DNA of 64,000 bases, taken from positions 387 to 64,386 of the forward strand of contig JAPLYG010000013.1 in NCBI GenBank assembly GCA_026395685.1. The letters run 5' to 3'. Below the pieces are notes generated by a model. The model was not told the DNA's origin. It was given only the letters and a program-made list of their open reading frames with translations, and did not search any database. This document shows positions 12,085 to 20,819 of this stretch, piece by piece (positions within the stretch are counted from its first letter, which is position 1; each line of letters starts with the position of its first letter). Source of the DNA: Candidatus Parcubacteria bacterium. Lineage in GTDB: Bacteria > Patescibacteriota > Patescibacteriia > CAIXNZ01. A program made the translations under genes and the position numbers.

Positions 12085-12492
12085 CTATGTATGGTTATCC
12101 AATTCCTGATTTAATAATTCATCTGCTTCTTTGTTCAATTCCCTGGGAATATGCTTAAATTTTACCGTGCCTAAATTTACCGTTAAATTCCAAACTTTAA
12201 TAAATAATGGCTGGAGGTCTTTATCTTTTACCCGGTATTCCTGCTTCATTTGCTTAACTACAAGTTCAGAATCCAAAAAACAATTTACCTCAGAGGGCTT
12301 AAATTCTTCAGCCAATTGTAAAGCTTTGATTAATGCCCTGTATTCAGCTTGGTTGTTCGTAGTCTCCCCGATATATTCAGCATGGGTTTTCAAAACTTTA
12401 TCATTATCATCTTTAATAACAATACCAATTGCCGCCGGTCCGGGATTGCCGCGGGCTCCGCCGTCAGTAAATATTTTTAATATTTTAGCCAT
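12085..12492 (-). CDS. rnhA: Ribonuclease HI
   Basis: FTDGGARGNPGPAAIGIVI ... EYRALIKALQLA. RNase H type 1 catalytic motifs. Confidence 0.8.
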   Translation of the reverse strand: MAKILKIFTDGGARGNPGPAAIGIVIKDDNDKVLKTHAEYIGETTNNQAEYRALIKALQLAEEFKPSEVNCFLDSELVVKQMKQEYRVKDKDLQPLFIKVWNLTVNLGTVKFKHIPRELNKEADELLNQELDNHT

Positions 12493-12569
12493 AAAAATTT
12501 TTATTAATAGCCTTTAATCATTAGCTATGTTTTATTCCATATTCCAACCAATTATATCATTTATCCTGT

Positions 12570-12596
12570 TGATAGAAAAGCCCACTAGGAGTGGGC
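12570..12596 (-). terminator. Hairpin AAGCCCACT-agg-AGTGGGCTT at the 3' end of the PilZ gene
   Basis: Perfect 9-bp stem immediately after the stop at 12585. Confidence 0.5.
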
Positions 12597-13073
12597 TTGA
12601 GGGATTGAAGGCAGTTCTTTTAAAAACAATTTAAAAACTGCCCAATCAGTACAACTTTCGATATACATCCCGGTTAAATTCCACAAACCTCTTTCTGCGC
12701 CATCTTCATGATGATATTTAACCTCGCAAATCAAGGTAAGTCCTTGTAATTTTTCTCCACAAATTCCCGCGGGAATCTGGAAAAAAATTCCGACTTTCTG
12801 GCCTTTGACCAGGTTCAAACGGCTCATGATGCTAATACCGTGTTCTGAAATATCATGAATACGGCATTGAACCTCATGAGATGAAAGAACATGCGACGAA
12901 ACAGTGCTGGGAACACTCTTTACCAATTCCTCCTTCCGCTGATAAAGCACTCCAGTATGATCTACCAGAATCGGAAATTCTGACGGAACACTTTTCCGTA
13001 CTGACTTTCTATTGTCAACAGCAACGGGCAAATTTTTTTCTTTCTCACTATCCGTCATAACTCCTCCTTCCAC
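12585..13073 (-). CDS. PilZ domain protein
   Basis: RKSVRKSVP (RxxxR) and DISEHGISI (DxSxxG) motifs. Confidence 0.6.
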   Translation of the reverse strand: MEGGVMTDSEKEKNLPVAVDNRKSVRKSVPSEFPILVDHTGVLYQRKEELVKSVPSTVSSHVLSSHEVQCRIHDISEHGISIMSRLNLVKGQKVGIFFQIPAGICGEKLQGLTLICEVKYHHEDGAERGLWNLTGMYIESCTDWAVFKLFLKELPSIPQAHS

Positions 13074-13222
13074 AAAAATTTTCAGAATTCAATAATACTT
13101 CCCAAAGAAAAAATTGCCCTAATCAGGCAATCAACCTCCCTTTCTATGTATAATTTTAGCAAAAATTTTATATTTAACCAAATTTACCTTGTTGATAAAT
13201 AATCAAAGGATACCCCGCCACC

Positions 13223-13251
13223 TTGACAAAATGATATAAATATGCTATTAT
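13223..13251 (+). promoter_or_regulatory. Sigma70-type promoter TTGACA-N17-TATTAT
   Basis: TTGACA 13223-13228, 17-nt spacer, TATTAT 13246-13251. Sits 60 nt upstream of the 13313 ORF. Confidence 0.6.
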
Positions 13252-13312
13252 TATATATCCTGGAAAATGTTCCCATTTAACCAATAACAACCTTTTAACA
13301 AAGGAGCAAAAG

Positions 13313-13651
13313 ATGCACGGCTTTACTGATTCTATCGTCATTATCCAGGCAGCCGGAACCGGCAGCTACACTACCGGAATCGGATTCAACTTCCTGACCA
13401 TTTTCAGCCCCGGGCTGAAAGAACCGGCGCAGATACGGGTGCAGGATCTCAAGCTCTTCGTGAGCAACGAAATTGGCAGGGGCACTTCCTTGCCCTGCTA
13501 CAGCGCCGCACACCAGATGATCGGCTTTTCCTCGGAAGAGTCGCTCGTCTACTACCTGAAGCTCTGGAGAATCGGTCTGGATCTAATCCAACCCGAAACA
13601 AACCAGGCGCCGAAGGTAAACCGGGCCGCGACCGCGATGGTCACCGCCTAA
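13313..13651 (+). CDS. Hypothetical protein, GC-rich cassette gene (about 55% GC)
   Basis: AAAGGAG Shine-Dalgarno 8 nt before the ATG. Composition differs strongly from neighbours. No recognisable domain. Confidence 0.5.
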   Translation: MHGFTDSIVIIQAAGTGSYTTGIGFNFLTIFSPGLKEPAQIRVQDLKLFVSNEIGRGTSLPCYSAAHQMIGFSSEESLVYYLKLWRIGLDLIQPETNQAPKVNRAATAMVTA

Positions 13652-13706
13652 ACGACAACCAACGCCACAACCACAAAAGGGAGCATTAGTATGAACCATT
13701 GAATTT

Positions 13707-13750
13707 TGGGGGCAATCCGCATATAGCGAGAGGCCCCCCTTTTTAATTTG
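13707..13750 (+). terminator. GC hairpin GGGGGC...GCCCCC followed by a T-run
   Basis: ttttgggggcaatccgcatatagcgagaggccccccttttta. Confidence 0.4.
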
Positions 13751-13841
13751 GTAATTTGTTAACTGGTTTTGATATGCGCATATTTATTTGTTTAAAATTA
13801 GCCAAAAAATTATATATATTCGCTTAAATTAATCCAAGATA

Positions 13842-13870
13842 TTGACAAAAATGACGCAATATGCTATAAT
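13842..13870 (+). promoter_or_regulatory. Sigma70 consensus promoter TTGACA-N17-TATAAT
   Basis: Exact consensus hexamers with a 17-nt spacer. About 90 nt upstream of the 13963 ORF. Confidence 0.65.
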
Positions 13871-13962
13871 AATATATTGAAATTGATTATATTAGGAATT
13901 CAATCTTGTAGTTTGTCAACACAAAACAACCTGATTGATTACAGGAAAAAAGGAGATAAGCC

Positions 13963-14292
13963 ATGTGTTTCAACGATTGCTGGGTGGTTGTTTCCGTCCG
14001 CGACGAAGGCGACTACTATGCCTTCGAGTTCATGGGACGGCCGGGTCTGTCAGTCAGAAAAGAAGACTGTCAGATCGTGATCAACACCGAGCTCGGGGAC
14101 AAGATCCTGTTCTATCCCGAGCGCATCCCGGAGATCTGGGCCAACGACATCTGGGCGCTGATGGATGTGTTTGACGGGATCAAAATCCCGGACAAGACCC
14201 ATCCCTGCACCGGCTGCCACGGCACCAAGTGTTCCGTGGTCTGCCGTAACGACCAGCCCCCTCCCTCAGCCGCGGCCGCGTTCGCGTGCTGA
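13963..14292 (+). CDS. Hypothetical Cys-rich protein, GC-rich cassette gene
   Basis: AAAGGAGA Shine-Dalgarno. C-terminal PCTGCHGTKCSVVC cluster. Overlapping ORFs in other frames are likely artefacts of GC-rich DNA. Confidence 0.5.
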   Translation: MCFNDCWVVVSVRDEGDYYAFEFMGRPGLSVRKEDCQIVINTELGDKILFYPERIPEIWANDIWALMDVFDGIKIPDKTHPCTGCHGTKCSVVCRNDQPPPSAAAAFAC

Positions 14293-14302
14293 AAAAAAGA
14301 CC

Positions 14303-14335
14303 CCGCCAAAGGACATTGATCCGGCGGGGCTTTTT
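14303..14335 (+). terminator. Intrinsic terminator CCCCGCC-loop-GGCGGGG followed by CTTTTT
   Basis: gaccccgccaaaggacattgatccggcggggcttttt. Confidence 0.55.
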
Positions 14336-14385
14336 AAAACCACGGATTTTGCTCACTGATAACACTGATGTTTGGCGTCATCGGG

Positions 14386-14419
14386 ATATCAGTGTAATCT
14401 GTGAATAAAATCAGTGGTT
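14386..14419 (+). repeat. Repeat family X, copy A (ATATCAGTGTAATCTGTGAATAAAATCAGTGGTT), built from ATCWGTG heptamers
   Basis: Matches the reverse complement of 16415-16449 and 16868-16889. Preceded by two CACTGAT heptamers at 14355-14368. Confidence 0.6.
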
Positions 14420-14430
14420 CTGTTCTTCCT

Positions 14431-16197
14431 TTATAGAATCTTCTTAGCCAAATCAGACTTCAATTCCACATCCTCAACTTTAACCTTCCTCAAATCAACC
14501 AGCCTCAATTCAAGCTTTCTTGTCCCATTAAATTCATTCAAATTAATTTCGCAGACAATATCAACCAAATCCTCATACCTTATTTCACTGATCAAATTCC
14601 CCATACCAAAACCGATTGCTTCAAAACTTTTGACCATATTGTCATGCTTTAAAAATAATTTCAGATGCTTATTATCGCCGCCGACGGTACGAACATTTTC
14701 CACCCTTAAATTTTTGACTAAAAATAAAGGCTTGGGATTTGACGCGCCAAAAGGTTCAAATTTTTCCAGCTGTTCAAATAAGTCCCAATTCAAATCTTGC
14801 AAATTTAATTCCGCCTCAATCTCCATTCTTTCTGACAAATCTTTGCCCTGCAGCTCCTGAAGGGCAATTTCAGTTATACGTTTTTTAAAATCAGCCAGAT
14901 ACTTTCGGCTCTTTAAGGTAAAGCCGGCTGCTTGAGCATGACCGCCATAAATTTTAAAACAATCAGCCACCTTATCAAGAGCTTTAATCATATTAAATTC
15001 CGGAATCGAGCGCCCTGACCCGGCAACTTTGGCAAGTGACTTGGTTATTATTAAAATCGGTCGATTGAATTTATCTTTAATCTTGCCGGCAGCTAAGCCG
15101 ATAATTCCCAAAGGCCAATTACTTCCTTCGGCGATAATCAGTAGCTGTTTATCTATATCCGCAACTTCCTTTTTGACTTCTTCCATGATTTTATCAGTCA
15201 TGGTTTGTCTTTTGCGGTTGCTCTGCTCCAGATTATCAACTAAAGTTATTGCTTCCTGCTTATCTTCAGTCAATAAAAGCTCATATGCCGAATTAGCATG
15301 ATCCATGCGACCAGCCGCATTAATGCGCGGTCCCAGAACATAACCGATATTTTCCGAATTCATTAATTCTTTTTCCGTCACCGGCCAGACTCCGGCTTTT
15401 TCCGCCAGCAGTTTCAAGCCGATTCTTTTTGTTTTATTTAATACAACTAAGCCATATTTAACCAGGGCTCTATTTTCACCGAATAATGGCATAACGTCAG
15501 TAACTGTACCAATAGCCACCAGATCAAGCAGCCATTTTTCATAACCGGCCGAAAAAATACCCTTTTTATCCCTGGCAACAATCGCTTGCGCTAATTTATA
15601 GGCGACACCGACTCCGGCTAAATCATAAAAAGGATAATTGCAGACCTTAATTTTAGGATTAATTATGGCAAAAGCTTTAGGTAATTCTAAAGGCTCTGCG
15701 TGATGGTCAGTTATAATCACATCAATCCCCTTTTCATTGGCCAGGTCAATTTCCAAAACATTGCTGATACCGCAATCAACTGTAATAATCAGTTTTACTT
15801 TTTGTTTAGCTAAATATTTGATTGTTTTTTTATTAAGCCCATAGCCTTCCTTTTCCCGATGAGGAATATACACAATAAAATCAGCGCCCAATGTTTTTAA
15901 TACATTTGCTACCACCACGCTGCTAGTCACGCCGTCAGCATCATAATCGCCATGAATGGCGATTTTTTCTTTATCGGCAACGGCCTGATAAATTCTGACC
16001 ACGGCTTTTTCCATATCAGGAAACAAAAAAGGGTCAAGAACATCTTGGCCATAATCCGGGGTCAAAAACGCGTCAATTTGCTTTTGAGTTGTTAAACCGC
16101 GGTTAAAAAGTAACTGCAAAATCACACCCGCTATTTCCGGAAAACTCTTTTTTAATTCCAAACCTACCGGCTCTTTCAGAACCCACTTTTTTGACAT
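14431..16197 (-). CDS. recJ: Single-stranded-DNA-specific exonuclease RecJ
   Basis: DHH family motifs IAIHGDYDADGVTS and VIITDHH plus a DHHA1-like C-terminus. 588 aa. Confidence 0.85.
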   Translation of the reverse strand: MSKKWVLKEPVGLELKKSFPEIAGVILQLLFNRGLTTQKQIDAFLTPDYGQDVLDPFLFPDMEKAVVRIYQAVADKEKIAIHGDYDADGVTSSVVVANVLKTLGADFIVYIPHREKEGYGLNKKTIKYLAKQKVKLIITVDCGISNVLEIDLANEKGIDVIITDHHAEPLELPKAFAIINPKIKVCNYPFYDLAGVGVAYKLAQAIVARDKKGIFSAGYEKWLLDLVAIGTVTDVMPLFGENRALVKYGLVVLNKTKRIGLKLLAEKAGVWPVTEKELMNSENIGYVLGPRINAAGRMDHANSAYELLLTEDKQEAITLVDNLEQSNRKRQTMTDKIMEEVKKEVADIDKQLLIIAEGSNWPLGIIGLAAGKIKDKFNRPILIITKSLAKVAGSGRSIPEFNMIKALDKVADCFKIYGGHAQAAGFTLKSRKYLADFKKRITEIALQELQGKDLSERMEIEAELNLQDLNWDLFEQLEKFEPFGASNPKPLFLVKNLRVENVRTVGGDNKHLKLFLKHDNMVKSFEAIGFGMGNLISEIRYEDLVDIVCEINLNEFNGTRKLELRLVDLRKVKVEDVELKSDLAKKIL

Positions 16198-16414
16198 GAA
16201 ATATGTAAGTAAATAGTAAATAAGGCAGAGACAAAGGATGAAGTAGGAATAGTTCCTAGCTTCAGTCTTCAGACTTCATACTTCGGACTTCTAATAAAGA
16301 GCTGGACCGAGTGTCCAGATCAGCATTGATAAGACAACCATGGCGGAAAGCAGAATCCAGATTGTTCTGATGATATTTTGTTTCTTCATAGTATTATAAA
16401 ATTTGAACTATATT

Positions 16415-16449
16415 AACCACAGATTTAAACTCACAGATTACACTGATAT
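16415..16449 (-). repeat. Repeat family X, copy B (inverted)
   Basis: Reverse complement CATATCAGTGTAATCTGTGAGTTTAAATCTGTGGTT aligns almost base-for-base with copy A. Confidence 0.6.
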
Positions 16450-16455
16450 GCTGAA

Positions 16456-16827
16456 TTAATTTATAATTCTTTTAATTTTAACACCATCCTTATTAAATAT
16501 TATCAATAAACCCAGCCTATATTTATTTGCCTTCAGATAACTCAGCAGCTGCTTAATATCCTTTGTATAAAAATCATTGGCAATCTTTAATTCCACTACA
16601 ACCTTATCATCAATAATAAAATCCAAATAATACTTGCCTATTAATCTATCTTTATAATATATCCTTACAGGAAATTCCGCTATAAAGTTAATGCCCTGAT
16701 CATTAAATTCTTCGATATATCCTCTCTTATAAATAATCTCCCGATATCCAAAACCGATTTCATTATACACCTTATACGAAATTCCGATAATTTTCTCTGT
16801 TAAGTCCTCATATAAATATTCCCCCAT
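16456..16827 (-). CDS. GxxExxY family small protein (PD-(D/E)xK-like fold)
   Basis: 123-aa protein with GEYLYEDL ... YREIIYKRGY. Its length and G..E..Y motif match what I recall of the GxxExxY family. Bracketed by family X repeat copies B and C. Confidence 0.6.
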   Translation of the reverse strand: MGEYLYEDLTEKIIGISYKVYNEIGFGYREIIYKRGYIEEFNDQGINFIAEFPVRIYYKDRLIGKYYLDFIIDDKVVVELKIANDFYTKDIKQLLSYLKANKYRLGLLIIFNKDGVKIKRIIN

Positions 16828-16867
16828 AAATTATATATATCTATGGTTCATCCCCGAATCTGTGTCA

Positions 16868-16889
16868 TCTGTGAATAAAATCAGTGTTT
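16868..16889 (+). repeat. Repeat family X, copy C (ATCTGTGAATAAAATCAGTGTT)
   Basis: Shares the 20-mer ATCTGTGAATAAAATCAGTG with copy A. Preceded by further ATCTGTG heptamers. Confidence 0.55.
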
Positions 16890-16932
16890 CCGTATTTCCA
16901 TTTTATCAAATTAACCAGGAAGAATCCACTTA

Positions 16933-17058
16933 ACGTTTAAGTATCTTCAAAAACGTCTCAGTCGGTATATCCACTGACCCGGCACCGATTTCCGCCATCT
17001 TCTTCTTGCCCTTTTTCTGCTTGTCCAAAAGCTTGTTCTTACGGGTAACATAATGATT
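16933..17058 (-). pseudogene. lepA: Out-of-frame remnant encoding the conserved LepA C-terminal tail ([39 protein letters not shown])
   Basis: This frame is open only from 17058. The peptide matches the LepA C-terminal signature recalled from E. coli (..[28 protein letters not shown].PQEAF..), yet the main lepA ORF stops at 17039 in another frame. Confidence 0.5.
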
Positions 17059-18607
17059 CTACAATTTCTTCAGCCACATAAATATCCAGGCGTTCCACGT
17101 CAGCTTTTTGATAACCACAAAATTCATAATTTAAAGAAGCATAACCGGATGTCAGGCTTTTTAATTTATCGTAAAAATCAGTCAGGATTGAAGACAGTGG
17201 CATTTTATAATGCAAAATTACGCGTTGGTCCATTTCTGAAACTGAGTTTAAATATTCAGTATTTATATATTCCCCTCTTTTTTCAGCAACTAATTGCATA
17301 ATTCCGCCCAAAAAATCCTTGGGTGAAACAATATCAACTTTAATCATTGGCTCTTCGATTTTTTCAATATAGTTTGGATCAGGCAGATCAATGGGACTTT
17401 TAATCACAATCTGATTAGCTTCCAAATTTTCCGCCAAAAAATCTCGGCTTTTTAAGCGGGCAGCCAATTCCTTTTTCAAACCGGCGGATTTTAAAGTCAC
17501 TTTATAACCTACGCTGGGTACGGTTACGATTAAATCCAGATTAAACTCCCTTTTTAACCTTTCCTGAAAAATTTCCAAATGTAATAGGCCCAAAAAGCCG
17601 CAACGGAAGCCAAAGCCTAAAGCCGAAGAATGTTCCGGCTCAAAAAACAAGGCTGCGTCATTTAATTTCAATTTATTGACTGCTTCGCGCAGACGGTTAA
17701 ATTCACTGCCTTCTTTGCAAAAAATTCCGGCAAAAACCATGGGGCGAACTTCTTTATAACCGGGCAAAGGTTCAACTTCTAAACCTTTCAAAGTAATAGT
17801 ATCGCCGACACGAGATTTTTCCACGTCTTTCAACCCTGTAACAATATAGCCGATCTGCCCAGCCCTTAATACATCCTCGGGCACCAGTTGAATTTTCATT
17901 TTGCCGACTTCCAAAGTTTCTGTTGTCGTCTGGTTGGCAATAAAAGTCACAGGCTGGCCTCTTTTTAATTCGCCATCAAAAACACGCACGTAACAAATCA
18001 CGCCCTTATACTCGTCATAAAAAGAATCAAAAATTAAAGCCCGGAAAGGTTCATTGATATTGAGTATCGGTTCCGGAACTTTTCTAATGACTTCATCCAA
18101 AATTTCTTTGACACCCTCGCCTGTTTTGGCAGAGCAGGTTAAAATTTCTTCTTCTTTACAGCCTAAAAGATTCATAATTTCAATTTTGGTTTTAGTCACC
18201 TGCGCGTTAGGCAAATCTATTTTATTAATTACCGGAATAATAGTTAAATTTTGTTCAATCGCCAGATATAAATTGGCAATGGTCTGCGCCTGAATACCTT
18301 GCGTCGCATCAACCAAAAGAATCGCACCTTCAACACAGGCTAGGGAGCGCGAAACCTCATAGGAAAAATCCACATGGCCGGGAGTATCAATCAAATTCAA
18401 AATATAGTCCTGATACTTCATCTGAACCGGAGTTAATTTGATAGTAATGCCCCTTTCCCGCTCCAAATCCATGGAGTCCAAAATCTGCGCCTTCATATTC
18501 CTTTTTTCAACTGTTCCAGTCAATTCCAAAAGCCGGTCAGCCAAGGTGGACTTACCATGATCAATATGGGCGATGATGCAAAAATTACGGATATTACTTG
18601 AATTCAT
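17039..18607 (-). CDS. lepA: Translation elongation factor 4 (LepA), apparently truncated and frameshifted at the 3' end
   Basis: [12 protein letters not shown]1 motif, [13 protein letters not shown], LepA-specific C-terminal domain start. The called ORF ends ...[15 protein letters not shown]. Confidence 0.8.
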   Translation of the reverse strand: MNSSNIRNFCIIAHIDHGKSTLADRLLELTGTVEKRNMKAQILDSMDLERERGITIKLTPVQMKYQDYILNLIDTPGHVDFSYEVSRSLACVEGAILLVDATQGIQAQTIANLYLAIEQNLTIIPVINKIDLPNAQVTKTKIEIMNLLGCKEEEILTCSAKTGEGVKEILDEVIRKVPEPILNINEPFRALIFDSFYDEYKGVICYVRVFDGELKRGQPVTFIANQTTTETLEVGKMKIQLVPEDVLRAGQIGYIVTGLKDVEKSRVGDTITLKGLEVEPLPGYKEVRPMVFAGIFCKEGSEFNRLREAVNKLKLNDAALFFEPEHSSALGFGFRCGFLGLLHLEIFQERLKREFNLDLIVTVPSVGYKVTLKSAGLKKELAARLKSRDFLAENLEANQIVIKSPIDLPDPNYIEKIEEPMIKVDIVSPKDFLGGIMQLVAEKRGEYINTEYLNSVSEMDQRVILHYKMPLSSILTDFYDKLKSLTSGYASLNYEFCGYQKADVERLDIYVAEEIVESLCYP

Positions 18608-18716
18608 ATGAAGTTATTTTAGCAAAATACTTAAGTTTAATCAATGCCTAAATTAGTAGATTAGTAGCCAATTCGTAGATTAGTATCAATAATAAAACCG
18701 AGCCTTGTGAGCCCGG

Positions 18717-18917
18717 TTATTTCCCTTCATGTTTACATGACGGACAAATTCTAAGAAGAATAATTGCCGGCTGTCCAGGATCATTAACTGTCCCAGTAAG
18801 CCAAACGCCACAGCCACGGCAGAATATTATTACATTTGAATTCTTTTTAAAAACTACTCTCAAAATGTCTTTTACAAAATCTAGCATTTTGACCTCCTTC
18901 ATTTCAGTTGCCGTCAT
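18717..18917 (-). CDS. Small Cys4 zinc-ribbon protein
   Basis: CRGCG ... CPSCKHEG pairs. 66 aa. Confidence 0.4.
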   Translation of the reverse strand: MTATEMKEVKMLDFVKDILRVVFKKNSNVIIFCRGCGVWLTGTVNDPGQPAIILLRICPSCKHEGK

Positions 18918-19027
18918 TTCCCCGTCTAATTATCAATTTGTCTTCAACTTATACTATATTCTCAATATTGTCAAAAAAACGAGCCTTCTGAGCTCGAATT
19001 CAAAAAATCTTCATAAATTTTAAACTA

Positions 19028-19067
19028 AAAACTGCAACTTTGAACTTTGCACTTTTAACTTTAAACT
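19028..19067 (+). repeat. Intergenic repeat family Y, copy 2
   Basis: AAACTGCAACTTTGAACTTTGCACTTTTAACTTTAAAC. Confidence 0.6.
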
Positions 19068-19070
19068 ATT

Positions 19071-20720
19071 TTAGACTTCCACATTCTCATCCATGCTTTC
19101 TTTGGGATAATTTTCCTTTTCTCTAAACATTCGCTTTTTCAAGGAATTTACAAAAGTAATCATTTCCTGAGACTTCAAGGCTAAACCAACTACAATAAAT
19201 ACCGCTATACCAACTAGACCGGAGATCAATCCCTGCAGGAAAATACCGACAAAGGTAGTTGTTCCAAAATATGGTTCAATGCCGAATTTCATAAACTGAG
19301 TCACAATAGCCATGGCCAAAGTTGCCAGGGAAATTTTAAAAACAGACCAGATCACATTTTTTTCGTCCAAACTGCCGGCTTTAATTCTTAGTCCTATCCA
19401 CAGCAACGCAAAATTCAGAATGCTGGCGAGGGAAAAGGCCAAAGCCAAACCGCTGACTCCCAAATCAAAATTATAACCTAAAAATTCAAATGGCTTGATT
19501 AAAATCAGGCTTAAAACAATATTCATCACGGCTGACACTAAACCAAGGATAAACGGCGTCAACGAATTATGAAAAGCATAATAACCGCGGATCAAAAGCG
19601 GAATCAAGGCCTGGGCAAATAAACTCAGAGTGAACATGGCCAAAGTATCAATCGTCAAAACTGTATCTTCCCAGGTAAACTGGCCAGAACCCAAAACTAC
19701 ACGGACAATCTGAGCACGTAAAACTAAAAGTAAAACTGAAGCCGGTATAATAAAAAATAAAATCTGCCGAGTGGTATTGGAAAAACTGTGAATAAATTCT
19801 TTTTTATCCTCTTTTAAAGCTAAAGCAGCCAAAGTCGGAAACGCTGCGATAGCAAAGGAAATACCAAAAATGCCAACTGGAAAAATCTGCAGATTATTGG
19901 CCAGATTAAAAACTGATAATGAACCGGCAACCAAAGTTGAAGCAATGATGGTAATTATCACTAAATTAAGCTGGTTAATCGCTAAAGTTAATGTTCTCGG
20001 CACCATAATTCTGCCAATTTTTCTAATAGCCTCATCCTTAAAATTAAAGATTAATTGATAGCGATAACCCAGCCAAGTACAAGAAGGAATTTGCACTAGT
20101 AAATGTAAAGAAGCCCCCAAAACCACGCCCCAAGCCAAACCAGTAATTCCCCACCAGGGTACAAAAACTAAGGCGCCAAAAATAATGCCCAGGTTATAAA
20201 ATATTGGCGCAAAAGAATAAACTAAAAATCTTCTAAAGGACTGCAAAACCCCGCCAAAGACGCTGCTAATACCGAGAAGCAACGGACTTAAAAACATAAT
20301 CCGCGTCAAAACAACTGTTTGAGCCATTTTGTCAGGGCTAAAACCGGGCGTTATCAATTTCATTAATTGCGGAGCAAAAATAAAAAGAAGACCGCATAAA
20401 ACCAACAAACCTATAATTAAAATATTTAAAATCTCATTAGTTAATCTCCAGGCGTTATCCTTTTCCTGTTTTTGCAGATATTGAGTAAATAAGGGAATAA
20501 ATCCTGCTGATAAAGCTCCCAGTACCAAAAGATTAAATATCAAATCAGGGATGCGAAAAGCCGCATAATAAGTGTCCAGAGAATCACCTGCTCCAAATTG
20601 ACCGGCCAAAATCCTGTCTCTGATAATGCCTAAAAAACGGCTTGCTAATGAAGCCGCGCCGACAATAATGGCTGCTGAAGTGATTGTTTTTGACTCGCCG
20701 TTAATTAAACTCTTGATCAT
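19071..20720 (-). CDS. murJ: Lipid II flippase MurJ (MviN)
   Basis: N-terminal SRFLGIIRDRILAGQFGAGDSLDTYYAAFRIPDLIFNLLV signature region and about 14 TM helices. 549 aa. Confidence 0.8.
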   Translation of the reverse strand: MIKSLINGESKTITSAAIIVGAASLASRFLGIIRDRILAGQFGAGDSLDTYYAAFRIPDLIFNLLVLGALSAGFIPLFTQYLQKQEKDNAWRLTNEILNILIIGLLVLCGLLFIFAPQLMKLITPGFSPDKMAQTVVLTRIMFLSPLLLGISSVFGGVLQSFRRFLVYSFAPIFYNLGIIFGALVFVPWWGITGLAWGVVLGASLHLLVQIPSCTWLGYRYQLIFNFKDEAIRKIGRIMVPRTLTLAINQLNLVIITIIASTLVAGSLSVFNLANNLQIFPVGIFGISFAIAAFPTLAALALKEDKKEFIHSFSNTTRQILFFIIPASVLLLVLRAQIVRVVLGSGQFTWEDTVLTIDTLAMFTLSLFAQALIPLLIRGYYAFHNSLTPFILGLVSAVMNIVLSLILIKPFEFLGYNFDLGVSGLALAFSLASILNFALLWIGLRIKAGSLDEKNVIWSVFKISLATLAMAIVTQFMKFGIEPYFGTTTFVGIFLQGLISGLVGIAVFIVVGLALKSQEMITFVNSLKKRMFREKENYPKESMDENVEV

Positions 20721-20722
20721 AT

Positions 20723-20810
20723 CGTTATTCGTTAATCGGTTTCGTTTTCCGTTACGTTAAACGTTTAACGACAAACGTAACGAATTTCGATACCGAACAA
20801 CGATAAACTT
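20723..20810. promoter_or_regulatory. Cluster of nested palindromes upstream of murJ (CGTTACGTTAAACGTTTAACG ... CGTAACG)
   Basis: Includes a perfect 14-bp palindrome GTTAAACGTTTAAC and flanking CGTTACG/CGTAACG inverted repeats. Could be an operator. Confidence 0.35.
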
Positions 20811-20819
20811 TTACAAAAA

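Noticed and set aside
13295-14365. Multiple overlapping 60-110 aa ORFs on both strands (13295..13513 -, 13935..14174 +, 14112..14309 -, 14165..14359 +, 14180..14365 -).
   Set aside because: Typical spurious open frames in GC-rich DNA. Only the two frames with a Shine-Dalgarno site plus promoter were kept.
16197-16300. Short tandem CTTCAGA/CTTCGGA octamer-like repeats in the recJ leader.
   Set aside because: Only three or four degenerate units. Could be chance in AT-rich leader sequence.
16261-16389. A 42-codon minus-strand ORF (MKKTKYHQNNLDSAFRHGC...) in the recJ / GxxExxY intergenic region, first misread as a small hydrophobic peptide.
   Set aside because: Careful re-translation showed it is hydrophilic with no signal, no Shine-Dalgarno site and no conservation cue. 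Probably non-coding leader sequence.
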